DNA from: a virus
Lineage: Duplodnaviria > Caudoviricetes
Strand: one strand, 5' to 3'
DNA length: 49,982 nt
IMG/VR virus record: IMGVR_UViG_3300048579_000445
Location: 1 to 49,982 of that record
Part shown: positions 17,803 to 28,367 of the stretch, one piece after another
Layout of the letters: each line of letters starts with the position of its first letter
Position numbering within the stretch: the first letter of the stretch is position 1
Notes under the pieces: generated by a model
What the model was told of the DNA's origin: nothing
The model's input: only the letters and a program-made list of their open reading frames with translations
Database searches by the model: none
Made by a program: the position numbers and the translations under genes

Positions 17803-20800
17803 ATGGCCACCCTCATTCTCGGCGCCGCCGGTGCCGCCATCGGCGGTTCGATTGGCGGTGCGATCCTTGGCGTCAGCGCGGCGACCATCGGCGGCTTCAT
17901 CGGCTCCACCATCGGCTCGGTCGTGGACAGCTGGATCGTGTCCTCGCTCGCACCGACGCAGCGGATCGAAGGCGCGCGGCTCGACAGCTTGCGCATCACG
18001 TCTTCCACCGAAGGGGCGGTGATTCCGCGGCTCTACGGCCGGATGCGGATCGGCGGCAACATCATCTGGGCCACCGATTTCCGCGAGGAGACGAAGACCA
18101 CCACGCAGGGCGGCGGCAAGGGGGGCGGAGGCGGCAAGGTCAAGACGACCGAGTATCTCTACTACGCCAGCTTCGCCGTCGCGCTCTGCGAGGGACCGAT
18201 CACCGGCATCGGGCGCGTCTGGGCGGACGGCAAGCCGCTGGACCTCTCCGGCGCCACCTGGCGCTGGTATCCTGGCGACGAGGCGCAGGCGGCCGATCCG
18301 TTCATCGCGGCGAAGATGGGCGCGGCCAACACGCCCGCCTATCGCGGCACGGCTTATGTCGTTTTCGAGGAACTACCGCTGTCGAGCTACGGCAACCGCC
18401 TGCCGCAGCTCTCCTTCGAGGTTTTTCGGCCGCTCGCCGACCCCGACACCGCAGAAGGGCTGACCCGCGCAGTCACTCTGATCCCGGCCTCGGGCGAGTT
18501 CACCTATGCCACGCAGGCCATCCGCAAATCCTCGGGCGGCGCGACGCAGGCCGAAAACCTGAACGCTTTGCCGGATAGCGCCGACATGGTCGTCGCACTC
18601 GACCGTCTGCAAGCTATGGCGCCGGCCGTCGAGAGCGTCAGCCTCGTCGTCGCCTGGTTCGGCGATGACCTGCGCGCGGGAACCTGCAAGCTGCGCCCGG
18701 GCGTCGAGGTCTCCGCGAAATCCACGACGCCAGTCGGCTGGTCGGTCAATGGCGTCAGCCGCGCCAATGCCTTCCTCGTCAGCCGCGACGCCGAGGACCG
18801 CCCGGTCTATGGCGGCACGCCCGCCGATTTCGCTGTGGTGCAGGCGATCCAGGAGATGAAGGCGCGTGGTCTGCGCGTGACCTTCTATCCGTTCCTCCTT
18901 ATGGACGTCCCGCCCGGCAACACGCTGCCGATCCCGTATTCCGACAATGCCGCCGAGACGGGCCAGCCGACATTCCCCTGGCGCGGCCGGATCACGTGTT
19001 CGCCCGCGGCGGGCTATGCCGGGAGCGTGGACAAGACGGCCACGGCGTCGAGCCAGGTCTCGGCGTTCTTCGGCACTGCCAGCCCTTCAGACTTCGCGAT
19101 CTCGGGCGAGACCGTCTCATGGACCGGCCCATCCGGCGATTGGGGCCTGCGCCGTATGATGCTGCATTACGCGCATCTCTGCGCGGTGGCGGGCGGGGTC
19201 GACGCTTTCCTGATCGGCTCGGAAATGCGTGGCCTGACCAGCATCCGCTCGGGTGCCAGCACCTATCCCGCCGTCACCGCGTTCAAGGCGCTCGCCGCCG
19301 ACGTGCGCGCCATTCTCGGATCTGGCACCGAGATCGGCTATGCGGCCGACTGGTCCGAGTATTTCGGGCACCATCCCAACGACGGCAGCGGCGACGTCTA
19401 TTTCCACCTCGACCCGCTCTGGTCGGATGCCAACATCGATTTCGTCGGCATCGACAACTACATGCCGCTCTCCGACTGGCGCGACGGGTTCGGGCACGCC
19501 GACGCGACCGAGGGCTGGCCCGCGATCTACGACCGGGCCTATCTGCAGGGGAACATCGCGGGTGGCGAGGGCTTCGACTGGTTCTATGCCGGCGCGGCGG
19601 ATCGGTCGGCGCAGGTGCGCACGCCGATCACCGACGGGAGTGCCGGTAAGCCCTGGGTCTTCCGCTACAAGGATCTGCGCAGCTGGTGGAGCAACCTGCA
19701 TCATAATCGCCCCGGTGGGACGGAGAGCGGCACGGCGACAGCGTGGGTGCCGCAATCCAAGCCCATCCGCTTCACCGAACTCGGCTGCCCGGCCATCGAC
19801 CGGGGCACCAACCAGCCCAACGTCTTCTTCGACCCGAAATCGTCCGAGAGCTTCACGCCGTATTTCTCGCGGGGCTGGCGGGATGACGCCATTCAGCGCG
19901 CCTATCTCGAGGCGACGTACCTCTGGTGGGGCGAGGCCACGCACAACCCGTTGTCCTCGGTCTATGGGGGCCGGATGGTCGATGTGCCGGAATGCGCGGC
20001 CTGGACCTGGGACGCGCGGCCGTACCCGTTCTTCCCCGAACTGACCGATGTCTGGACAGACGGGCCGAACTGGCGGCTGGGCCACTGGCTGACCGGCCGC
20101 CTCGGGGCGGTGTCGCTCGCCGCGCTGGTTCGGCACCTCTGTCTGCGCGCCGGGCTGCCCGAGGATCGCATCGACGTCACCGGCCTCTGGGGCGCGGTCG
20201 AGGGCTATGCCATTGGCGCGCTGGAAAGCCCGCGCGCCTCGATCACCACGCTGTCGCGGCATTTCGGGTTCGACGCCGTCGAGACCGAAGGCGTGATCCG
20301 CTTCGTCATGCGTGGGCGGGCGGCGGTTGCGAGCGTCGCACCGGACGATCTGGTCGCCGCGCGCGAGGGCGACGTTCTCGAACTGACCCGTGGCCAGGAG
20401 ACCGAACTGCCGCAGGCCCTGAAGTGGCAGGTTGCCCGGGCGGACGAGGATTATGACGCGGCCCTCGTCGAGGCCCGGCGGATCACCGTCGACACAACGC
20501 GGATCGCCTCGGAGTCCTTCCCCATGGCCGTACCGCCCGAAGAAGCCGAACGCCGCTGCCGCCGCGCGCTCATGGAGGCTTGGACCGGCCGGGAAAGCGC
20601 GGTTTTCCGCTTGCCGCCGTCACGGCTGGCACTCGACCCAGCCGATGTGGTGACGCTCGCCCATGACGGCCGGTCCGTCCCGCTGAGGCTCATCTCGATT
20701 GCCGATGCCGACGCGCGCGGCATCGAGGCCGTGCGTCAGGATCGGGAAGCCTACGACCTGCCGCCCGGCGCTCCGCGACCCTCTGCGCTGTCGCAGGCCG

Positions 20801-21768
20801 TCGTCTTCGGTGCGCCGGAGGCGGTCCTCCTCGACCTGCCGCAGCTCACCGAGGACCAGGCCGCGCATCGGCCATTCGCGGCGGCGCATGCCGAGCCTTG
20901 GCCGGGCGAGATGGCGGTGTTCCGCAGCCCCTCTTCGGACGGGTTCGACCTGCTGACCACGTTTGGCAGCCGCTCCCGGATCGGCACGCTGGTCTCGGAC
21001 TTCTACGCCGGGCCGACGTCGCGCTTCGACCTTGGCAACGTGCTGGTCGTCGATCTGCTGACCGGCACGCTGGAAAGCGTCACCGACCTGACCCTCTTCG
21101 GCGGTGCCAATGCCATCGCCATCGAGAGCGCGCCCGGTGTCTGGGAGATCGTGCAGGCGGGCGCGGCCGAACTGATCGCCCCCGGCCGGTATCGCCTGAC
21201 CCGACTCCTTCGCGGCCAGCGCGGGACCGAAGGTGCCATGGGCAACCCGGCGCCCGCCGGCGCGAGGGTCGTGGCGCTCGACGCAGCGTTGACATCACTG
21301 CCTATCGCCGAGGCCGATCTCGGCATCCCGTGGAACTGGCGCATCGGCCCGGCGAGCCGCCCGGTCAGCGACGAGACCTACGTCGCAAAGGCGTTCACGC
21401 CCGAGGGCGTGGGGCTGCGGCCATTCTCTGTCGCCCATGTCGAGCAGCCGTGGCGTCGGCCGCGCGCCCCCGGCGACCTGACGATCCGCTGGACGCGCCG
21501 GTCGCGCGCACTCGCGGCGGACAACTGGGGTGGGCTGGAGGTCTCGTTGGCCGAGGAACTCGAAGCCTATGAGGTCGAGATCCTCGACGGTGCGGTCGTG
21601 AAGCGGATGTTGAGCACTGCCACCACCAACGCGATCTACACCGCCGCCCAGCAGACCGCTGACTGGGGCGCGCTGCTCGGCCCGGGAGACACGCTCGATA
21701 TTCGCATCTACCAGCTCTCCGCCCTCGTTGGGCGGGGCGCCCCGAAATCCGTCACGCTGATCTTCTGA
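17803..21768 (+). CDS. Baseplate multidomain 'megatron' / host-specificity protein with GTA TIM-barrel domain (RcGTA g15-like)
   Basis: 1321 aa; [58 protein letters not shown]. Confidence 0.92.
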   Translation: MATLILGAAGAAIGGSIGGAILGVSAATIGGFIGSTIGSVVDSWIVSSLAPTQRIEGARLDSLRITSSTEGAVIPRLYGRMRIGGNIIWATDFREETKTTTQGGGKGGGGGKVKTTEYLYYASFAVALCEGPITGIGRVWADGKPLDLSGATWRWYPGDEAQAADPFIAAKMGAANTPAYRGTAYVVFEELPLSSYGNRLPQLSFEVFRPLADPDTAEGLTRAVTLIPASGEFTYATQAIRKSSGGATQAENLNALPDSADMVVALDRLQAMAPAVESVSLVVAWFGDDLRAGTCKLRPGVEVSAKSTTPVGWSVNGVSRANAFLVSRDAEDRPVYGGTPADFAVVQAIQEMKARGLRVTFYPFLLMDVPPGNTLPIPYSDNAAETGQPTFPWRGRITCSPAAGYAGSVDKTATASSQVSAFFGTASPSDFAISGETVSWTGPSGDWGLRRMMLHYAHLCAVAGGVDAFLIGSEMRGLTSIRSGASTYPAVTAFKALAADVRAILGSGTEIGYAADWSEYFGHHPNDGSGDVYFHLDPLWSDANIDFVGIDNYMPLSDWRDGFGHADATEGWPAIYDRAYLQGNIAGGEGFDWFYAGAADRSAQVRTPITDGSAGKPWVFRYKDLRSWWSNLHHNRPGGTESGTATAWVPQSKPIRFTELGCPAIDRGTNQPNVFFDPKSSESFTPYFSRGWRDDAIQRAYLEATYLWWGEATHNPLSSVYGGRMVDVPECAAWTWDARPYPFFPELTDVWTDGPNWRLGHWLTGRLGAVSLAALVRHLCLRAGLPEDRIDVTGLWGAVEGYAIGALESPRASITTLSRHFGFDAVETEGVIRFVMRGRAAVASVAPDDLVAAREGDVLELTRGQETELPQALKWQVARADEDYDAALVEARRITVDTTRIASESFPMAVPPEEAERRCRRALMEAWTGRESAVFRLPPSRLALDPADVVTLAHDGRSVPLRLISIADADARGIEAVRQDREAYDLPPGAPRPSALSQAVVFGAPEAVLLDLPQLTEDQAAHRPFAAAHAEPWPGEMAVFRSPSSDGFDLLTTFGSRSRIGTLVSDFYAGPTSRFDLGNVLVVDLLTGTLESVTDLTLFGGANAIAIESAPGVWEIVQAGAAELIAPGRYRLTRLLRGQRGTEGAMGNPAPAGARVVALDAALTSLPIAEADLGIPWNWRIGPASRPVSDETYVAKAFTPEGVGLRPFSVAHVEQPWRRPRAPGDLTIRWTRRSRALAADNWGGLEVSLAEELEAYEVEILDGAVVKRMLSTATTNAIYTAAQQTADWGALLGPGDTLDIRIYQLSALVGRGAPKSVTLIF

Positions 21769-21778
21769 GGGCCAACCC

Positions 21779-23704
21779 ATGTCCGACACTACGACTCATC
21801 TCCTGCTGCCCTATCTCTTGGCGGCGCAGGCCCAGAAGCACGTCACCCATAACGAGGCGCTGCGGATCCTCGACGGGCTCGTCCAGCTTTCCGTTATCGA
21901 CCAGGACCTGACCTCGCCGCTGGGAAGCCCCACCGATGGCGACCGTTACCTTGTCGCTTCGGGCGCCACCGGCGACTGGGCGGGTTGGGATCTGAACATC
22001 GCCCTCTGGACTGACGGCGCCTGGCTGCGCCTGCCGCCGCGGACGGGCTGGCGGACATGGGTAGAGGACGAGGCTGTGCTGCTCGTCTGGACCGGCGCTG
22101 CCTGGGAGGTCGTGGGTGAGCCGCGCGATATCTCGGACGCTGTTTTCAGCCTGATCAACGACGCCGATCCTACGAAGAAGGCGGTCTTCTCGCTCGCCAG
22201 TATCAGCACCGGCACGACCCGCAGCTACACGCTGCCGAACACCTCGTCGGAACTGGCGATCCTCGCCGGCACCCAGACCTTCACCGGCAACAAGACCTTC
22301 TCCGGCACGCTGACAGCGTCCGGCACCGTCACGGTCTCGGGCGCGACGGCCACCATAGGTACGGCGACGGGCACCGCGACCTACGGCATGGGTACCGGGG
22401 CGACGACCACCGGCCTCACCAAGACCGTGAACCTCGGCACCGGCGGCGCGTCGGGGTCGACCACGGTCGTCAACATCGGCTCGGCGACCTCGGGTGCGAA
22501 TGGCACGACGGTGGTCAACACGCCGACCGTCACCTTCGCCAATGCCGTCACGCAGGTTGGCATGCCCCAGGCGAACCTCACCGCACAACTGCTGGGCCTC
22601 GGCGGGGCGACGTCCGACAGCTACAACCGGCTCTCGGTCAACACGCCCGCCGTGCTCCTGAACAACGCGGGCGCCGGGATCGAGGCGACCGTCAACAAGG
22701 CCGCGCCCGCCAACGACGCGAGCTTTGCCTTCAAGACCAACTGGTCGGCGCGCGCTCTGATCGGCCTGCTGGGCAGCGACGATTTCAGCTTCAAGGTCAG
22801 CCCCGACGGGTCGGCCTTCTACGAGGCGCTTCGGATCGACCGCAGCAATGGCCGGGTCGAGATGCCCCAACCCGTCGTGCTCCCGGCGCTCGATACCGTT
22901 CCCGCGCCGCCCTCGAGCGGCAAGCTCGCTCTCTATGCACGCGACCGTGCCGGGGCGGGATGGCTCGACGTCCAGCGTCCCTCGGGGCGGTTCTTCCCGC
23001 TGCAGCCGCATTTCGGGGTGAACCGGATCGCGACCTGGGCGCCGTCCAGCGGCACGACCGTCAACACCAACGGCATGCCGCGCACCGCCGTTGGCACGGT
23101 CTCCACGCCGACGCTCGCCACCACCAACCTCTCGACCTCGATGCGCCGCTGGCGCGTGACCAGTGCCGCAACTGCCGATGCGGCGGCCGAGGAACGCTCG
23201 GCCGGCTGGGTCTGCTGGCGTGGCAACGCGGAGGGCCTCGGCGGCTTCACCTATGTGAACCGGCTCTCGCTCGTCACCCTGCAAGCGACCGGCATGGGTT
23301 TCTTCGGCCTCTACGGATCGACGGCAGCGCTGGCCACGACCCTGACGTTGTCCACCGTGGTCAACTGCATCGGCATCGGCTTCCAGCGCGGCACCCACAC
23401 GAACTGGCAACTGGTCCAGAACGATGCCTCCGGCGCGCCGACGCTCACCGATCTCGGTGCGAGTTTCCCGATCGCGAGCACGACGAACGTCCTGACCCTC
23501 ACGCTTCTCGCCGCCCCGAACGGCAGCGAGATCGGCGTCCGGGTGGTCGAGGAGGTCAGCGGGGCGGTGGTCGAGGTCATGCTCGACACCGACATCCCCG
23601 CCGCCACGCAACTCCTGAGCCCGCGCAACTTCATGAACAACGGCGCGACGGCGGCGGCGGTCGCCTATGATTGCTCGGGGGTGTATGTCGAGACAGACTA
23701 TTGA
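21779..23704 (+). CDS. DUF2793-containing tail fibre / receptor-binding protein
   Basis: N-terminal [30 protein letters not shown], Thr/Gly-rich shaft, beta-rich C-terminal domain. Confidence 0.85.
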   Translation: MSDTTTHLLLPYLLAAQAQKHVTHNEALRILDGLVQLSVIDQDLTSPLGSPTDGDRYLVASGATGDWAGWDLNIALWTDGAWLRLPPRTGWRTWVEDEAVLLVWTGAAWEVVGEPRDISDAVFSLINDADPTKKAVFSLASISTGTTRSYTLPNTSSELAILAGTQTFTGNKTFSGTLTASGTVTVSGATATIGTATGTATYGMGTGATTTGLTKTVNLGTGGASGSTTVVNIGSATSGANGTTVVNTPTVTFANAVTQVGMPQANLTAQLLGLGGATSDSYNRLSVNTPAVLLNNAGAGIEATVNKAAPANDASFAFKTNWSARALIGLLGSDDFSFKVSPDGSAFYEALRIDRSNGRVEMPQPVVLPALDTVPAPPSSGKLALYARDRAGAGWLDVQRPSGRFFPLQPHFGVNRIATWAPSSGTTVNTNGMPRTAVGTVSTPTLATTNLSTSMRRWRVTSAATADAAAEERSAGWVCWRGNAEGLGGFTYVNRLSLVTLQATGMGFFGLYGSTAALATTLTLSTVVNCIGIGFQRGTHTNWQLVQNDASGAPTLTDLGASFPIASTTNVLTLTLLAAPNGSEIGVRVVEEVSGAVVEVMLDTDIPAATQLLSPRNFMNNGATAAAVAYDCSGVYVETDY

Positions 23705-23867
23705 GGGACGAGCATCCGACTTGCTGCGGAAGTCAATGCTGCCGCTTTTTTTCTGTTGAGATCATCGCAGATCTGCTAAGAATTAGTTGTTCGGAAATTC
23801 GTTCCATTGGGGGCCGCGACCTCGACGAGCGCGGTCGGCTCCGATTTTATGGCGTGGAGTTGGCCCG

Positions 23868-26800
23868 ATGCCTTATGATTTGACCGGCCGATCGCTGACC
23901 CCCCTTTCCGAATTGATTTCTCAATCCGATTTTCCGCTTCTTGAGATGCTGTCCTTCGATCAGGTGGCCTCAGTCTTCAATCGACTCTACGTCGCCGAAC
24001 ATAGCGTCATGGTGATCGGTGATAATCTGATGATCGACGCTTATCTGGCCTTCCCCGAGGAAATCTCCTTCTCGATCCCTGGGGCCGATGCGTACGCTGT
24101 GGTCCTTGGGTCGGCCGGGCCCGGCTGGACCGCTCTGAAGATGCATCTTGCGGTAGGGCCGGATTTCGCGCTGGTGCTCAGCGACCTGACGCTAGGCCTA
24201 CGATTCGACCCGAATGTCCTCCGCAACCCGAAGACTGGAGCGGGGGCTGAGATCAACACTGCTTGCACGCTGACAATCGATGCCGATGGTCTTCGAGTTA
24301 CAAACCACGGCACATTGACGCTGGAGAAATCACAGGTCGGCGGCACTGCGGTTCTGGTCGAAGCGAGCGACGTGATGCTAGTCCTTGACGGCGATCCGCT
24401 GCCCGAATTTCTGGCTGGGCAGGAGGGTTTCCGAGGGATCGCATTCGAACGCTTGGCAGTGTCGATTCCACCCGAATACTTGCAGCTTCCTCCGGGGCAA
24501 ACTCTTGATCTTGCGATTGAGCACGGAGCGGTCGGCACCACCGGGTTCACCGGCGAAGCCTCGTTCAGCGCGGGGAGTGACTCTCCTGTTCCAGGCTCAT
24601 TCCTCGGCTTCGACTGCCGGTTGCGAAAGATCGAACTGAACTTTTTCGAGAATGCACTTCTGGCTGGCGGGCTCGAACTCGATCTACGTCTGAGACCGCT
24701 AGAAGCGCGAGGGGCAGAGAAGTGGGTCCGGCTCGACGTCGACTTCGACCAAGATGGAGGGTTCTCGGCCAGCGCCAGCGCAGTACAGCCACCGGAAGCC
24801 AGTACGAAACCTGGCGCACTGGTCACAGTAGATTTCGCCGGAGCTGTGAAATTGGCGCTCTCTGGCCTGCGTATGGAGAGGGACGCCATTTCGACCGGCG
24901 ACGTCTGGTCGGTGTATTTCTCGGGCGAGGTGCAGGTCGATATCCCCGGCGCCAATTGGCCTGAACTGGGTTTCGACGAGATCGGCGTAAACTCGAAAGG
25001 CGACCTGCTCTTGTCCGAAGGAGGAGGGATTACCTTCGAAACCCCGCTGGTGGTCGAGTGGTACTTTGTCCGCCTCATGATCCCAAAGTTCCGCTTCGGT
25101 CGGCCCGAAGGCTCACGCAGCCTCCTTCAGGTCAAGCTCTCGGCCGAAGTTGACCTGATCGAAGGCTTGCCCGCCGGGGCGAGCGTGGACGGACTGACGA
25201 TCACTTGGGATCCTGCATCAGATGCTGCGCCGGACGTCAGCTTCTCTGGCATCGGGGTCGAGTTTTCGTCACCCGGTGTGTTCTCAGCAGGAATCAAGGT
25301 CGGTTTCATACAACAAGGTAACTCGGTTGAATTCCGGGGACAGGGGCATCTGGAGCTAAGTGCTCTCGACATGAACATGCAGATCGGAGTCATCGTTGGC
25401 CACGACGCTCCGCAAGATTTCTCTTACCTCTACCTCTTCGCCGATGCGAAACTCCTGCCCACGGGCATCCCGATTGGAAACAGCGGGCTGTCAATTTACG
25501 GATTTCAGGGGCTGATCGCCTACAACATGGCTCTGGCGCTCGATACTTCGCTACCGGAGGACGAACGGTATTACGAGATCTTCGTACGACAACCCGGCAT
25601 TGGAATTACCGCAATCGAAAAGTGGGGCAAGCACAAAGGGCAGAACGCACTTGGTATCGGGGTTGTCCTAGGAACGGCAGATAAAGGCTTCGTCTTCAAT
25701 GTCAAAGGCTTGCTGGCGGTGGCATTCCCTGACCTAGTTATTCTTCTGCAGGCGAAGGCCAACTTCCTGAAGCTCAAGCCAGATATGAGTACCGCGTCCG
25801 AGGGGACCATGGACGCGCTCATGGTCTTCGACAGCATACAGAACACATTCACCTTCGACATCGTTGCTTCCTGGGGCGTTCCCAACGTCGTGGAAGTCGG
25901 TGGTTCGGCTCGCGTATTCTTCGACTTCGACGATCCTAGCGCATTTTATCTGCGCATTGGGCAGAATATTGATGGCAAACGCATCAGTGCCAACGTCATC
26001 AGGTGGGGTGACAAGTGGCTCTTTAGCGCGGGGTTTTGGTTCGAGGTCAACGCAAGGGGCGTCGTCACAGGCGTGCTGATTGAAGTCGGAGTTCGCTACG
26101 AAGGCGGCGGGTTCTGGATTGAGGCCATCGGGCGCGCATATGGCGAGATGAAGCTGTTCTGGGAGCCGCCACAATTCGAAGGCTCACTGGCGCTGTCCGG
26201 TCGGATTGGCGCGGGCTACAGGGGCCTTTCCGTCGGGATCAGTCTTGGTGGCGAGGCGACAGTACGCGTAGCGCGCCCAAAAGAAGTACGGCTGAGCGCG
26301 CGGGCCTGCCTAAAGGCACTGTTCTGGAAAGCGTGCGTCGGCCATACGTTCAGGTGGGACGACATAAAGGATCCAATCCTCGAACGGCCTTTGCGTGACG
26401 TTTCCGCCAAGCCGCGAGATTGGACTCTGTTGGTTAGTGACAAGGACGCGGCTAAGGCGGACGATGGCGTCGTAGATTTGCTCGAAGGCAGAATGACCGC
26501 AGGCGTGCAACCGCATAGCTTCCTGACGATCAACTTCGCCAAGCCGATGATCGACAACACGGGCCGTTTCAACGAAGCCGTCCCCTTGCCCAACGACGGC
26601 TTTCTCACGGTCGGCGAAAAGTCAGGATACTCGGCGTCCTACGAGTTGATGGAAGTGCGACTGGTACGCAACCCCGGCGGCGATAACGAGGCAATAGACA
26701 TCTGGGGTGTGTGGGCGCAAGAAACTCCGAACTATAACACTTCGCTCAGACTCCTTTCCTCCGAACGCTTTGCGCATGACGGCAGCCTGACCGAAAGCTT

Positions 26801-28367
26801 CGTCGAAGGGACCGAGCTTGACTATTGCGGCGAACCGGTCGATCAGCGCCTCTGCCTGCCGCTTGAGGGGCTTGAGCCGGGCTATGGACTTCTCGCGGGT
26901 AAGTTTCGCTATCACTGGGACACATCGAGGAGCGCCTACCCCTACAATGATCGCAGGAACTCGCCCTTCATCGAACTGCTGTCCGGCGACGTCTTTTCGG
27001 TCTGGCTGGGCGGGGGCGAGAGCAATGTCGAGTACAAGGCGACTGAATGCCCCGAGCGTGAGAGGACCGAGGAATGGAGGCACGCTCTCGAGAAGTCCGG
27101 CGATGGACATCCAAGAAACGCAGGAACCGTTCTGAAAATCGCCAAGTCCGTTCCAGCGCAACAAGGAGAAACCGGCGAATGGATCATGCCCGTCAATGAC
27201 GGAGGGCAATGCTTGTTGGAGATATGCTTCGACACTGGCCACGGGGACCCGGAATACGTTCTAGGCAAACGCCGAGGCGGTCTAAAGACCGACAAAGAGG
27301 AATGGACGGTTCCGGATTCTGCGCGCCTTCTCATACCCGGACAGACCTATTCGCTTTCCGTCGAACTGAAGACGCGGCTGCGCCGCCTTGATGGCATCCC
27401 GTCGGAGCAGCCCGATGCGCAGCAGACCTGGACCGGAACCTTCACCGTCGCGCTGCCGCCGCTCTATCGCGGGGCACTCGACAATTACGTCGCGGCGACC
27501 TATCCCGGCATGGACGCACGGCCGATCTACACTGGCTATGATTTTGCTGTCCGCTTTGTAGATGATTACATCAACTACCTTTACGCGGCGGGTCAGCAGC
27601 AGCTGCTGATCCGGCTATTCGATGGGCAGGGTCGGCCGGTAGTCGATCAATCGGGCAACGCTGTGCTGATCCCCGCAACGCAGAAAGGGATGCCAGAGAA
27701 GGGGCTCAGCCAGAGCTATTGGGAAAAGCAGTATCTGATCAACAAGGACGCAGGCTGCATCGTGAAGGATCTCGGCGATCAGTCGGGCGAAACTACCATC
27801 ACGTTACCCGCAAGCGTCCTAGCTCTGACGGCGAATTCACAATACAGAGCTGCGCTCGTCAGTGATAAGAAGGTCGATGTTGCGCTGCATTATTGGACCT
27901 TCACTACATCCCAATACAAGAGGTTCACGGACTTGGTAAAACCTGCGGAGAAGGTCCACCGCCCGGTGCCGACGTTTGCTACGATCACATCGGACTCTTT
28001 CGAGTCCGCCTGCCGCCAGCTTCAGATCGCAACCGTGGCCTTCGTTTCGCAAAGCACGCTAACGCCCTTTGTGTCGCAGGACCGCTCGCAGCTCGTGGCG
28101 GTGCTCTTCGAGGCTCCCGAACCGCTCGATCCAGCGACCCGCCTCAGTGTCTCGCTGGACGGGGCGGTGGTTCAGGTGATCGCGAACGGCGACGGTACAC
28201 GGCTTCTGCTGCATCGTAAGACCGGCACTTGGCCTGCGGGCGATCACGTCCTTAAACTGACGTGGTCCAGGGGCAAGCCCGGCGACCCGGCCGAGACGCT
28301 GCGTGCTGAGAATGGTGTGCTGGGCGACGAGACTGTCGAGTTCCAGTTTTCCAGCGGAGTTCCATGA
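23868..28367 (+). CDS. Large beta-rich hypothetical protein (1499 aa), DUF6603-like N-terminal two-thirds with Ig-like C-terminal domains
   Basis: Long ORF with GGAG RBS before ATG 23868; Gly/aromatic amphipathic beta strands (GLSIYGFQGLIAYNM; LGIGVVLGT..GFVFNVKGLLAVAFP). Family assignment is from recall only. Confidence 0.7.
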   Translation: MPYDLTGRSLTPLSELISQSDFPLLEMLSFDQVASVFNRLYVAEHSVMVIGDNLMIDAYLAFPEEISFSIPGADAYAVVLGSAGPGWTALKMHLAVGPDFALVLSDLTLGLRFDPNVLRNPKTGAGAEINTACTLTIDADGLRVTNHGTLTLEKSQVGGTAVLVEASDVMLVLDGDPLPEFLAGQEGFRGIAFERLAVSIPPEYLQLPPGQTLDLAIEHGAVGTTGFTGEASFSAGSDSPVPGSFLGFDCRLRKIELNFFENALLAGGLELDLRLRPLEARGAEKWVRLDVDFDQDGGFSASASAVQPPEASTKPGALVTVDFAGAVKLALSGLRMERDAISTGDVWSVYFSGEVQVDIPGANWPELGFDEIGVNSKGDLLLSEGGGITFETPLVVEWYFVRLMIPKFRFGRPEGSRSLLQVKLSAEVDLIEGLPAGASVDGLTITWDPASDAAPDVSFSGIGVEFSSPGVFSAGIKVGFIQQGNSVEFRGQGHLELSALDMNMQIGVIVGHDAPQDFSYLYLFADAKLLPTGIPIGNSGLSIYGFQGLIAYNMALALDTSLPEDERYYEIFVRQPGIGITAIEKWGKHKGQNALGIGVVLGTADKGFVFNVKGLLAVAFPDLVILLQAKANFLKLKPDMSTASEGTMDALMVFDSIQNTFTFDIVASWGVPNVVEVGGSARVFFDFDDPSAFYLRIGQNIDGKRISANVIRWGDKWLFSAGFWFEVNARGVVTGVLIEVGVRYEGGGFWIEAIGRAYGEMKLFWEPPQFEGSLALSGRIGAGYRGLSVGISLGGEATVRVARPKEVRLSARACLKALFWKACVGHTFRWDDIKDPILERPLRDVSAKPRDWTLLVSDKDAAKADDGVVDLLEGRMTAGVQPHSFLTINFAKPMIDNTGRFNEAVPLPNDGFLTVGEKSGYSASYELMEVRLVRNPGGDNEAIDIWGVWAQETPNYNTSLRLLSSERFAHDGSLTESFVEGTELDYCGEPVDQRLCLPLEGLEPGYGLLAGKFRYHWDTSRSAYPYNDRRNSPFIELLSGDVFSVWLGGGESNVEYKATECPERERTEEWRHALEKSGDGHPRNAGTVLKIAKSVPAQQGETGEWIMPVNDGGQCLLEICFDTGHGDPEYVLGKRRGGLKTDKEEWTVPDSARLLIPGQTYSLSVELKTRLRRLDGIPSEQPDAQQTWTGTFTVALPPLYRGALDNYVAATYPGMDARPIYTGYDFAVRFVDDYINYLYAAGQQQLLIRLFDGQGRPVVDQSGNAVLIPATQKGMPEKGLSQSYWEKQYLINKDAGCIVKDLGDQSGETTITLPASVLALTANSQYRAALVSDKKVDVALHYWTFTTSQYKRFTDLVKPAEKVHRPVPTFATITSDSFESACRQLQIATVAFVSQSTLTPFVSQDRSQLVAVLFEAPEPLDPATRLSVSLDGAVVQVIANGDGTRLLLHRKTGTWPAGDHVLKLTWSRGKPGDPAETLRAENGVLGDETVEFQFSSGVP

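Noticed and set aside
14039-21768. Gene transfer agent cluster
   Set aside because: GTA-like genes are limited to the tail tip; the head is lambda-type and the element has an integrase and a replication gene
23789-23804. GTTC-GGAAATTC-GTTC upstream of the cargo operon as a LexA box
   Set aside because: Spacer is 8 nt, not the canonical 7, so it is not called
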